Assembly: GCA_964187785.1 (NCBI GenBank)
Contig: OZ076409.1
Coordinates: forward strand, 86,926,001-86,990,000
Length of the DNA stretch: 64,000 nucleotides
Source: Amphiscolops sp. MND2022
Taxonomy: Eukaryota
Direction of reading: 5' to 3'
The notes beneath the pieces were generated by a model. The model made no database searches. It was not told the DNA's origin and saw only the letters and a list, made by a program, of their open reading frames with translations. Below, piece by piece: positions 39,696 to 50,300 of this stretch. Both the position numbers and the translations under genes were made by a program. Position 1 is the stretch's first letter. Every line of letters begins with the position of its first letter.

Positions 39696-40566
39696 GTTTT
39701 CTTTCCCGTTTTTCTCTGCCCCGGATGCTTCCAAGAGCCCAGTGGTCACCTGCTCTGGCCGCGTTGCCCCCGTTGGAGTCGGTGATGTGGTTCACCTGGT
39801 CGAGGATACCCGCTACGTCCTAAAGAAACTCTTCCCGGATGGCCGCACTTGTCACTTACAGAAGCTGAACGATAATCGCCCTCCCTTTCGTCGTTGCCTC
39901 AATCAACTCTGGGTCCCGCCTCCCCTTACTGCTGAGTCCGTCGTCGAAGTCGACCTGCCCACCACCAACTGCCTATGTCCAGACCCAGTGCCCCCGAAAA
40001 TTAAGGATGACGCCCAAGTACAAGTAGACTTTATAAAAGAAGACGCCATGGACGAATGGTGCAATTTAATAAAGGATTTTAGCTCCGTCGAGCATTTGAA
40101 GAGGGCCTTTAATGATGCCAAACGAGAGTGCTCCAAACTGCACGAGGGCTTCTTGGAAGCCTACTCTCAATTAAAGACCCTTCAGGCGGAGAACGACATC
40201 CTGCAGACACGTAATGAGGAATTGCGCACAGCCCTAACAGACCTAAACAGTACTCATAACAGCCTCATGGCAGATTCTCTAACAAAAATTGCGGAAATTT
40301 CTGATTTGCGCACTAGATTAGCCCGCACTGATAATAGCAGTTCCAATGCCATTTTGTCCCTAATCCGTGGACATTTGCTCTCATTGCCCAGAGATTTTTA
40401 TGCACTTCAACACCTTGTAATATTTTTTACCATTTTCTCTGCTGCACTCCTTCCGCCTCCGACGAAACAGTTGCTTTGCATGCTAAGACATTGCTACGAT
40501 TCTTACATCCGGACAGGACTTCGACCACCTATGATGATCCACAGGTGCAAGATGCGGCGCGGTTAG
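39696..40566 (+). CDS. Element A 3' accessory ORF, probably spliced (SH3/KOW-like barrel plus coiled coil), function unknown
   Basis: 299-codon ORF; strong acceptor ttttttatgtttcAG at 39695; VGDVVHL..RYVLKKLFPDGRTCHL..RRCLNQL; heptads LKTLQAENDILQTRNEELRTAL. Confidence 0.6.
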
Positions 40567-40794
40567 TCCTCTCATCACAGCAATTAAACCAGTTCTCCGC
40601 AATCCAACCCTGCGTCGTGTATACGACCATTGTGGCCTCTACGGCCTTCGCTTTCTACTAGACAGCGATCACACGTGTGGGGACTGCACCCCACGAATTC
40701 CAGACTCAACCCGTCTTGCCCAGGGACCAACGGTGTACCCACAGTTAATGGTCCTTTTTCATCTTTCCACCTAAACTTTTATAGCGGGTCTCCA

Positions 40795-41452
40795 TTTATA
40801 GCGGACTGCAGTGAACCAGCAACAGCATTCTCATTGGTTAGAGATAACAGCCACACAACAGCCAGCAAAATAGAAATGTCCTGAAGAATTAGAACCATTT
40901 GACAAACAATAAACTGCTAACTTAAACAAAACGCCCTTTCAATCTTAACAAGCCAAGTGTCTCATAACAAAAACAACCTTTCTTCTAAATAGTACATCTC
41001 TGATACAACATAATTCATTTTAATATAAACTTACAATTTTATGTCCTCAAGCTTCTTCTTATTTATTAAAACGAACACCTCTCTTCCCCAAATTTCCATC
41101 GAGTTTCCCTCGAAAATAAACCCAAACTTAAACCCTCCGGGACTTGTTTAATTATAAATTACTAACCTGTCGCCGCCTGTCTGACCCGTGCCAGTTGTCA
41201 ACTTGCAGTTTATTCTTCGCCCCAGTTTACTAACACAATCGCTTCAACTACCAGAAATGTTAGTCGGGTTTTTACTTACTCTTTAATTTAAAGTATTTCA
41301 AACTTAAAGTAATTTTTACAAACAAAAACAATCTCTAGCAAATAACTAAACTTGGTAAATTTAGACTTTTAAGACAACCGTCCACACATCCGAAATAGTA
41401 AAATAGCTAGCTTCAGTGCATCAATCTAGCAACAATAGTCACAGTTGTTAAA
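40795..41452 (+). repeat. Element A 3' LTR
   Basis: Direct repeat of 28051-28733. Confidence 0.95.
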
Positions 41453-41454
41453 CG

Positions 41455-41787
41455 TTGAATTTCTCTAAACAAAATATTGTAGGACCTTAAGCAAGTCCTT
41501 CTTTAATGTCTAGCTCAGTGGTATGACAAAAATAGAATTAAAAAAGTAACGTTTAGCAATCAGACTTTTGTGCACAAAAGTCTGATTGCTAAACGTTACT
41601 TTTTTAATTCTATTTTTGTGCACAAAAGTCTGATTGCTAAACGTTACTTTTTTAAATTCTATTTTTGTGCACAAAAGTCTGATTGCTAAACGTTACTTTT
41701 TTAATTCTATTTTTGTCATACCACTGAGCTAGACATTAAAGAAGCACTTGCTTAAGGTCCTACAATATTTTGTTTAGAGAAGTTCAA
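41455..41787. repeat. ~330-bp foldback palindrome with internal 3x ~48-bp tandem unit, abutting the right end of element A
   Basis: Arms ttgaatttctctaaacaaaatattgtaggacc.../...ggtcctacaatattttgtttagagaagttcaa; GTGCAC at 41570, 41618 and 41667. Confidence 0.95.
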
Positions 41788-41884
41788 GTTCGGTACCCAC
41801 CAAGGAAGAAGCTGAATGGTCTGACCACTATACCATATTCCCTATTTAAAAGTACCTTTTACTATCGAAAATCTATCAATTTAC

Positions 41885-42109
41885 CTCTGAAACCAATTCC
41901 ATGACCAGCTTTTCACTGCAATCTGGTCTGCCCGGTTTTGGCAAAATTCCAACTGAGCGTCTTCGTCTTTTTGAGTCATCACACTTTGAGTCAAAGAAAA
42001 CGCTTTTAACAGAGCAGTAGGCAGTCTTGGAAACGTCCTTGGTTGTATCCCATGCTTTGGCTGCTCCTCCTTTCACAGAGCCCCAAAATCCATCCAGGGA
42101 ATCCAAAAT
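41885..42109 (-). CDS. Clusterin-like protein, exon 4 (furin-type site RRRR|S)
   Basis: Acceptor tttcccaAG, donor GAG|GTAAAT, 75 codons, phase 0/0. Confidence 0.8.
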
Positions 42110-42217
42110 CTTGGGAAAAAAAGTATTCTACTTACTTTTTGTAAAAAAAAAAACATGATAACGAGACCAGCATTGTAAATTTTTGACTTTATTCGGCATT
42201 ATTATAAACATAAAGAT

Positions 42218-42600
42218 AAACAAGCTGGAAACGGCACAAGTCGGCACCATACCTAAGGCTCAAAAATATCACACGAACTTCAAAGTGTCAAGTATTCTCT
42301 TCTACAGTACCGAAAAACCCAAAAGTTGGACCGAACTGGCGCGCCGAGGACCCGCTAGAGTGGGCCCCTGGTGCGCTGGGACCCTTCCGGATTTTGTAAC
42401 ATCCATTATGTTGCAAAATATCGAAAAAAAATGAAGAGGGGCCCTTTGGAGACAATGAAACATTTCCGAAAGAAAAGTCTCACAATGCCGAAAAAACTGA
42501 ATGGGGGACCTTTAGTCTTGTATATTGTATGTTACGCTGTAAGAAAGATACAACTTATATAGTTCAGTTCCTTGTGCCAAATGGTCCAATTTGACACCTT
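42218..42600 (-). mobile_element. Helentron/DINE-like repeat (partial)
   Basis: aacaagctggaaacggcacaagtcggcaccatacctaaggctcaaaa is the family 3' end in reverse. Confidence 0.6.
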
Positions 42601-42618
42601 AAAGTTTTGCTCACTTAC

Positions 42619-43023
42619 CTCTTCCCAAAGTGTAGTCTCCTTTTTGGGTTCTGGGAAATCCATCATGCTTTGCACGTCTTCAGCCGTAACTATAGAACTG
42701 TTCACACCCCCGACAGTATTCATCAATTTAGTCACGCCTTCAATCACTCCTTGGACTGTCTTGTGCGAGGGATGTCTGATGTCACCTGCCCTAACCAATG
42801 ACAGAATTTTCACGGATCGAAACAGCTTCAACAGCTCTGATGACGACACGTTTAGGCGCTGAGATAGATACTCTTGCATCTGTTTTTTCTGCTCGATATT
42901 GTTGGTGAACAGAGACAAAAGGCGGATGAAGAAACCAGATATTTTTGTGAGTTCCAGTTGAAGATTTTCTACCATCTGTTTTCCTTGAAAGAGTTCCTCG
43001 TGGTTGATGTTGAATGATAGTGT
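42619..43023 (-). CDS. Clusterin-like protein, exon 3
   Basis: Acceptor ttccttttAG, donor GAG|GTAAGT, 135 open codons, phase 0/0. Confidence 0.8.
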
Positions 43024-43364
43024 CTAAAAGGAAAAAATCATTTTTTCAGAATCCATGTTTGCTGTTTAGAACATTAACCTGTTATCACGCCTATCTAAGT
43101 TTGGAATATTTTACCTGGAAAATCATTGGAAGTATGATTTGTAACGCAAACCTAGCACATGACATTAAAACGTAAAACGACCGGGAAAACCTAATGCGTC
43201 AGTATAGTCCTGGACTTGGAGACGCTGAACACCTAAGGAACAATGCCCGTGAGAACAAGTCCTAAGTGGGCATCTTGTGAAGACGTCCTCCATTCTACTC
43301 CCCGGTTTGTATACAATACAGAAAATGCGCAATGAGCCATTAAATCCAACGTTGCAGTAGCTTT

Positions 43365-43858
43365 AACAAGACGGGAACGTCTAAGGTCGGCGCCATATCT
43401 TAGGATCGAAAAGCGAAGTTTTTGAAAAATGCGTAGGACGTTTTTATGAAAAACTTGTTTTGGAACCTCCGCCGCCTCCTCCTCCTCCTCCTAGAATGCG
43501 ATATAGTTCGGATATAACGTCGAAAGTTCGGATATAGCGCTTTATTCCGGATAATACGAGAAGGAACCTCAATAAAATCGACTGGGGGACCCTTTGGAGA
43601 CGAAAGAAAAGTCGCACAGTGCCGAAATAAAATGAATGGGGGGCCAGTCATTCAGACTCGTCCGGTTTTGTATATAACGCTTAAAAAGTAAAAAATGAAA
43701 GGGAGTCTCTTTGCAATAACTTGGACGCGTTTACCGAGTATTCGTTTAGTTGAACAAATTGAACAAAAATTTCGTCGCGTTCGAGTTTGTTCAAAAAAAT
43801 AAAAAAAAACTAATGATTATAATAGTCGGGCTCTCTTTCCAAAAGCGCCGTCTAAAAA
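43365..43858 (-). mobile_element. Complete Helentron/DINE-like repeat with (CCT)n microsatellite
   Basis: aacaagacgggaacgtctaaggtcggcgcc ... agtcgggc..gcgccgtctaaaa. Confidence 0.7.
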
Positions 43859-44033
43859 CGAGTACAATATTTCTTAGTTCCTGGTTTTTGACACTTGGAT
43901 TCTATAGAAAAAAAAACACGTCAAAAAACGCAAAATTTCAGAAGGAACAGGTGTATACATCCGATTACAACTTGATTTTAAAAATTTCGAAAATGTTAGG
44001 GCAGATCCCTGAAGATTCACGTGACCATCACTA

Positions 44034-45142
44034 TTTTTAACCGGCGCGTTTGACAAAAAGTGCCCGACTTTTACAGTGGCTAGTTTTTTTTCTTTTTTTC
44101 GTCGGACCACAGAGCTCACACTGTATGTGCCACTTTTTGGTGGAGAGGTTATTCGATTCAGTAAGAACCAGCGGACGCGGGTTCGAGTCCCTACTACATT
44201 CATCAATTTTTTCGTGCTTTTGCACATCACTAGAGAGGAAATGAAGGTTCAAAAATATTGCGCTATATCCGAACTTTTGACGTTATATCCAAGGTAAATT
44301 TCGTCCTAATAAGGAGGAGGCTGAGGTTGCACTAAACCAAAAATATTGCGCTGCATCCGAATTGTTTTTTTTGGATCGGCAAACTGAAACAGTTCTCTAG
44401 ACATTTCTATAAGTTGAGTTAAACCACTGGGCCTAGGGATAATTCCGATTTCCAAACTTGGTGACGGGGTCTAAGAAGCAGAAAGACGAGGTTTCGTTTC
44501 TTGGACTAAACCAAATCGTTTTATGTTCGCAGATGAAGAAAAGAGACCAACGTATCCCTCATTGGAATTTTTTGGCACAGTGCGACTTTTTCCAGCTGTT
44601 TTTTTTCAACCAAAGTGCTTCCTTTTGATTTTCAGCACGAAACAAAGATTTTTCCATCAATAGAGGACCTTAGGTTTTTTGGAACAATGCGAAACGCCGA
44701 AAGTTGTGTATGAAAATTTTCAAAACATTCATTTCAACTTTTTAAAATTTCTGTAACAAGAACCTTTTTCCGCGTCCTTGGGTGATCTCATTGATTTGTT
44801 TTTTTATGATGTGGAACAGATGAGAGTTTTCTCAATATTTGTGGAAAAGACCTACGACCCTTTTCGGCACTGTGCAATTTTTCTTCGAAGTTTACCACCT
44901 TCACTCTAATGAAAATTTTTGGCTTGAAAAAGCGTTTTGAGTGTTTAAAGCTCCAGGGTCGGACACATTATTAGAAAATTTCAAAAAACTCTCGAAAAGG
45001 AGGGGGTAGTTATCGTCTCGTATGCGTATCTCTTCTGGAGTTCTAAACGAGATGAAATTTTTGTGTCTTTTTGCATATTAAAAAAAAACTTTTTTCTTTT
45101 GAACCTTAAGCGGGGCGCCGACTTGGGCCATTTCCGTCTTGT
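44034..45142 (+). mobile_element. Complete long Helentron/DINE-like repeat containing a tRNA-like A/B-box segment
   Basis: 5' ccggcgc..cccgact; TGGTGGAGAGG at 44138 and GGGTTCGAGTCC at 44179; 3' ggcgccgacttgggccatttccgtcttgtt. Confidence 0.7.
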
Positions 45143-45563
45143 TACTCAATACTGTTGAATTCAAAAAATGTAAAGAACTTTTTCTAACAATTTCAGGCTT
45201 TTTCTATCGTTTTTCACATATTCGTACAAGATGGTGATTTTTATTCGGCTCTTTTGTTTCGATTTTTTCTCGATACACCGGAACTTTAAAAAAGCTGATG
45301 ATTTCCGAAAAAATTTCGACAAAATTATTGGTTTTTTGAAACTTTCTGTTATGGAAAACCCTTCTCTTAGTCCTAAAGACCTTTTTGATTTTTTTCAGTC
45401 CTGTTGCCAGTTTGTTTTCTCAATAATTATTGCAAAAAAGTAGTTTTTTTGCAAAGTGCTTTGCTTTTCAAATTATCTACATCATTTTACTTGGACGCTT
45501 GGTTTTCGCGGCACTACTCAGTGCCCCTATATCTTTGCAAAAGAAAAACTAAAAGCAACTTAC

Positions 45564-45755
45564 TTTAAACTTCGTCTTGGACAAGTGTTTCATCAGAGGA
45601 ATGGTTTCATCGAAGGCCGAATAAACGGATTCTGAGTTGCAACTTTTGCTCAGCTGTTCGCACGTTCCGAGGAGACAGTTTGAACACTCCGCCACCTTTC
45701 CGGCAATTTGTTCTTTGCATTCCAGTATCTCAGTATAAATTTCCTCAGCCGATTT
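45564..45755 (-). CDS. Clusterin-like protein, exon 2 (first Cys cluster)
   Basis: Not in the ORF track. Acceptor gctgttctAG, donor AAA|GTAAGT, 64 codons: KSAEEIYTEILECKEQIAGKVAECSNCLLGTCEQLSKSC... Confidence 0.82.
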
Positions 45756-46251
45756 CTAGAACAGCAAAATCATAACGTTCCTTATGCAAACTTCACAGGG
45801 AAACATTCATTGAGTATCAATAATTAATTCTTGTCGATCTTATTTTCGAGGCAAGAGTAGTGCAAGTAATTAATGCCTGGGTCACCAAAAAGTGTTTTCT
45901 TAATCGGCAAAACTCAAAAAACTATCTTCTCATTACATTAACTTGCACAATACGTACAAGAGCTTGCACATTAAGTTGCACAAGGCGTACTCAGAGTTTT
46001 TCCATTTTCAGTCCAAAAATATTGCCGGCAAAGCAGTAAAAGAGCAACAATTGACCATTAATGCTAATGACAAACATAATCAGATGTTCTTCTTTTTATA
46101 GCTCTCTAGTACCAATCATTTCTAATCCAAATAAGTCCCAGAAATGGACAAAATTGATCTTGATTCTAAATCAGCCTTCAAAAATTCCAGCAGACTGTTT
46201 CGAAAATTAAGAACACAATCTTATAGTCGAAGGAAAACCAAAAACACTTGC

Positions 46252-46503
46252 CACCAGTTTTTCATACGCTGCTTCCTCCTTTTCAATTTTGAGTTGATAG
46301 CCGGACAGTTTGGTGGAAACATTAGTCATATCCAGAATTGCTTCCAAACTGCCCAATGCCAACTTGACCACTTCATTAAGGAAATTCTCATTTAGTTTTT
46401 CCAAACGGCTCTCGTCTTCCACAGGGTACGGGACCAGTTGTCGACATTGGGTTGTTGAAACTACAACTAGAAGAACCAGCGCGCAGGTCTTGTAACAAAT
46501 CAT
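46252..46503 (-). CDS. Clusterin-like protein, exon 1 (signal peptide, coiled coil)
   Basis: MICYKTCALVLLVVVSTTQC signal peptide; probable GC donor GTG|GCAAGT (phase 0). Confidence 0.78.
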
Positions 46504-47103
46504 TTTTGTGTTGAAATGTATGGTTTATAGTTCTACGAGGCGCTATTCAAGTTCAGAAGTAACCTTTATCTTATTTGACGAGCTTCACAGCTAATACAGA
46601 ACGTTCACGTGGTTCAACACTCAAATGTGCCAAAGTAAGCGTTGCTCGGTTGTTCGTCCCACTAAGCGACAGATGCCCCACAAGAAGAAAGCTCAAATGA
46701 AGGCCCGTTCTTGTAATTCTTATCTTGAGTGGAGCCATTGTTCAACCATGTTAAGTTTAACATTGAGATTAAGCGTATTTGCTATTTTTCTGACCTAGTT
46801 GTCAACAAAATAGCGGGTTTCAATCTAACAATTGCGTCCTTTATTTACTTAAGTGTTTTGGTATATATATGCCAAAACACTTTGACAGTCTATTGACAAA
46901 TATTTTGAAAGTTTGATTAATTTGTTGAAAGATAAAATTGAAGTAAATATTAGAACAAGAAAAGCTTGTTTTCTCAGAAAAGCCGAGAATTTGGCTTAAT
47001 GATTTAAAAAATGGGTCTTTGATGAAATGCTCTATAGACTAGTAGATGTCTTTGGTAGCTTTGTCAGTGCTCAGCATTGCCATCAATTAGAGTAAAGCAG
47101 CAG

Positions 47104-48583
47104 TGTAAGGACTAACGTCCGAATGTTCTCTCAGGTCACAAGCGGACCTTGAGTCCTTCTTTGTCAATCTTGTATTTGTATTCTCCCATGCGCTTCTGAC
47201 TCCATCCTCATTTAAGGACGTACCCGGCTCAACGCCATGTTGACCCAAAGGCAAATTTTCTACCATATTCTGTATTTCCGGAATAATTCTCTCACTTATA
47301 GCAGAACTAATGGCCCTAGTAATCTGTGATTGCATTAGGTCCATCATAGCTTCCATCTCGCGCGACATCCTAGCGTTCATTTCACCAGATAGTGTATTGA
47401 TAGACTCTATTAGTCTACTTTCCCTAACGGGTTCATTTCTACTATCGATGTCTCTAATCTCATTTTCTTGAGATGAATTTTCTCTGTTCGGAAAGGACTG
47501 AAAGTCTCGTTGTCCCTCAGGGACGTTAATCAAGCTATCAAGTTCTCTTTCTATAGAGTTGGAACTTCTCCCACCTAGCATCACGTCCATGTTGCCGTAG
47601 TCGGACAACATATCTAAGTCTCTAGATTTTCTAGACTTGGCCTTTTGTCTCCTCGTAGAAGGCATTGAAAATGTTTATCCAGGAGTAAATATGTGAATTG
47701 TTCCTGTGGACAATATAGAGCTTGGTCTACAGTGATTCTTGTACAAATCGCATAAGAGTAACTGAATATCAACCGTATCATAAATCAACTGAGTCTTACG
47801 GCCAACTTGGGCGTATTTATACTCAAGTTAGCGTGACATCTGAGATTTCGTCAGTCATGCTACTAAAAAACGCACACAAGCTAAAAATAGATACAGTGAA
47901 ACTATTAATAGCAACATGACATCATTTTAGACTTGTGCGGGCGGCTAGATCAAAGTTCCCGACAAGTCTCTTCCACATATGGGTCAAATTGTTTACAAGT
48001 AAAATTCATGCACGCAACAGTTTACATGCTCAACAATTCATGAAGGCCCTATTCGGCTTATGGCCGTTGGGGTTTTCTAATTCAGTCCCATCATAATATG
48101 AGAAAGCAACAATTACATGTTAACAATGTATATATCTGTTTATTGCATGGGGTGGGTTATTTGCATCCTCAAATCACTAATTAACTGGAATACTAATTTC
48201 ACATGGCAAGTATACAGCATTTGAGTATTCATCGTGTCAACCGGCCGTGATAGGCTTTATTTACTGTATAGCACCAAGAAAATTAATACAGATGGCTATT
48301 ACTAACTGCACTCTGATTGGCCAATTGACCATAGGCGGCTTAGCTAGCCATACTGAACAGGCAAACATTTGAACACGTTTCCTTTCTGTCTGTCAGTATG
48401 GCTTGCTGTCAAATGTATTTTACATAAGAAATAACAATGCAATTCATCAATCAATATTACATGTTCAAAATAATACTAAATGTTTGAAAGTTTTGGTTTA
48501 CAATGGGAGCGTCCCAGGTAGGGCGATTGGCCTCGTATGGTCAATCGTGTAAATGTTGCCATCGCAGGCGGCAGCCTGCGACA
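47104..48583 (-). repeat. Element B 3' LTR (1480 bp), containing an intact copy of the gag N-terminal ORF 47665-47087
   Basis: Direct repeat of 61111-62750 with about 19 substitutions (by-eye count) and a 160-bp indel. Confidence 0.97.
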
Positions 48584-49337
48584 CTCCCCCTGGTAGTAAT
48601 AAGAAAGTGCCCACTTGCATTCCTTCTAAAAAAGCTCTTTTGCGCGCTTCTAGTTGATCTGCTGATTCTCCCAAAATGGCCGTCTTGCGCAAGTAGTCTG
48701 TGACTGCTTCACTCTGGATTTGTAATGTAGATTTCCCACATATCACGCAATCCGAGTAATTTGCCATAGGATTGTTCGTCTCAATCTCCATTCCTTGGAA
48801 ATGTTTTGCAACTGCGTCCAATGACTGCTGGGTAATCTCGCCCTGGCTGTCCGCTGAATAGGTGTCGTAAGTTGGTCCTTTCTCTTCTGGTGGGGGCGAC
48901 ATGGGAGTGTCCACCATGGGAATGATTTCCCTACACAGCTTGATAGGGTGATTATTGCGCACTCGGTCGTCTCGCCGTATTGGGCCGTTTCCTTTTCCTA
49001 ATGAGAAAAAGGATTGGTCAAGAGTAGGCCTTGTTGCAAAACTCGCCCCGGGGGTCCCGTACCTTGATGGGTTATAACGGGGGGCCTCGTTTCTAATTTT
49101 CAGCGCTGTGGATGGACCAGGCACTGGGATGGGTGATGATAATTCCATCTCGACACACTGGGCCATCATCATGATTTCATCATCTATTTCTTCTTCGTCT
49201 TCCGATGATAGTTGAAGGTCTAGCACCGAAGTCATGCTTAAGTCACACATTCCCTCCTCTTCGTCGCTGGACAGGCAGATAATATCTACGCCCTCGGGCG
49301 CTGCGCCAATGAAGTCTTCAGGAAATCGTTGAGCCAT
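48498..49337 (-). CDS. Element B accessory ORF, 279 aa, function unknown; runs through the PPT into the LTR
   Basis: Intact ATG-to-TAA ORF; acidic N-terminus with SIM-like VDIICLSSDEEE; DCVICGK; last ~28 codons lie in the LTR. Confidence 0.75.
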   Translation of the reverse strand: MAQRFPEDFIGAAPEGVDIICLSSDEEEGMCDLSMTSVLDLQLSSEDEEEIDDEIMMMAQCVEMELSSPIPVPGPSTALKIRNEAPRYNPSRYGTPGASFATRPTLDQSFFSLGKGNGPIRRDDRVRNNHPIKLCREIIPMVDTPMSPPPEEKGPTYDTYSADSQGEITQQSLDAVAKHFQGMEIETNNPMANYSDCVICGKSTLQIQSEAVTDYLRKTAILGESADQLEARKRAFLEGMQVGTFLLLPGGVSQAAACDGNIYTIDHTRPIALPGTLPL

Positions 49338-50300
49338 AAATCTATCTTTTATTATCTTTTTTGCAATTTTGAATGCAATAGGACGATTTTAATTTGGTTT
49401 CAGTAGAGCAACTGTTTAGTTTGAAAGTTAAGAAGCAAATGGCGATTTTCATTTCTCAATTTCTTGATGATTTTGCTTCACCTTTTCCCGGTCTTTCGTT
49501 TCCCGCATCATGTTTCGTTGACTAAACTTTCCAAGATGTTCTTTGATATAGACCGCCTTCCGCTTTGTTGACCGACGATCAACTTCAGCTTGCCTAAGTC
49601 GGCAAAGAACCTCCAAGGACTTCGTCTAGTGTTTATCTCCACTTGATATCCACTTGAGAATTTCAAGAGAGGGTGATGAAGCTTTGAGGCCACGCGCGGC
49701 GCATCGCCGCGACAGCCAATGGGAATCGCCCACTCCGTCCGCTTTCCAAAATGGCGGAATTAAAAATAATAATCCAAATAAGGAAATAATAAAATAACTA
49801 AAAATAATGAAATACCTAAGGTAATAAAATAATGAAAATGCATGTTTCGAAATATAACTAATGTGGATTTCTCTGGCAGATTCCATCCACAAAATAATTC
49901 TCATAATTGTAAAAATATTTGACATCAAATCCTATTTGCCACGAACTCCAACTTTTGCTTCAGCAATCACTTTCGTCATCTTTCAATTCATTAATTGTTA
50001 CATTTTTCACATTCGTATTTATCCATTGTTTGTCTAGTATAGCACTTGGTTTACTTTTCCTTTCGTCTTCTCATAACCCAATAGTGAATCTTCATTTCCA
50101 TTTATCCCTCTTCACGGGCTGTTGGCCTGACGCCGGATTGGTCCCAATCTTCTGCTTTGCCTGGAGTCCATCTTCTGTTCAGTAGGACTATTCCGGGAAG
50201 AGTCCTTCACGTCCCCACGTTTCATGCCAGCAGTGTGACTGACCGATTGTAGTTGATCACCATTCCCTTCAACCCTTTGACTACTATCACCAGGTTTCCG
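49338..50300. promoter_or_regulatory. Putative bidirectional internal promoter between the two accessory genes
   Basis: Divergent gene layout; CpG-rich patch 49690-49757 with CCAAT (49716) and YY1-like CCAAAATGGCGG (49746), followed by an AT-rich tract. Confidence 0.4.

Larger units (their letters stand above)
28051..41452 (+). mobile_element. Element A: full-length env-bearing Ty3/gypsy (Metaviridae-like) LTR retroelement, 13.4 kb, degenerate
   Basis: Direct LTRs 28051-28733 and 40795-41452; PBS; gag, PR-RT-RH-INT order; env; many stops and frameshifts. Confidence 0.95.

Noticed and set aside
41570..41720. CRISPR-like repeat array
   Set aside because: Contiguous tandem units with no unique spacers, eukaryotic context, no cas genes.
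44138..44210. Functional tRNA gene
   Set aside because: A and B boxes only; no complete cloverleaf or acceptor stem, and it lies inside a dispersed repeat.
46851..46882. Small hairpin aagtgttttgg-(TA)n-ccaaaacactt upstream of the clusterin-like gene
   Set aside because: Real but short and single-copy; no basis for assigning a function.
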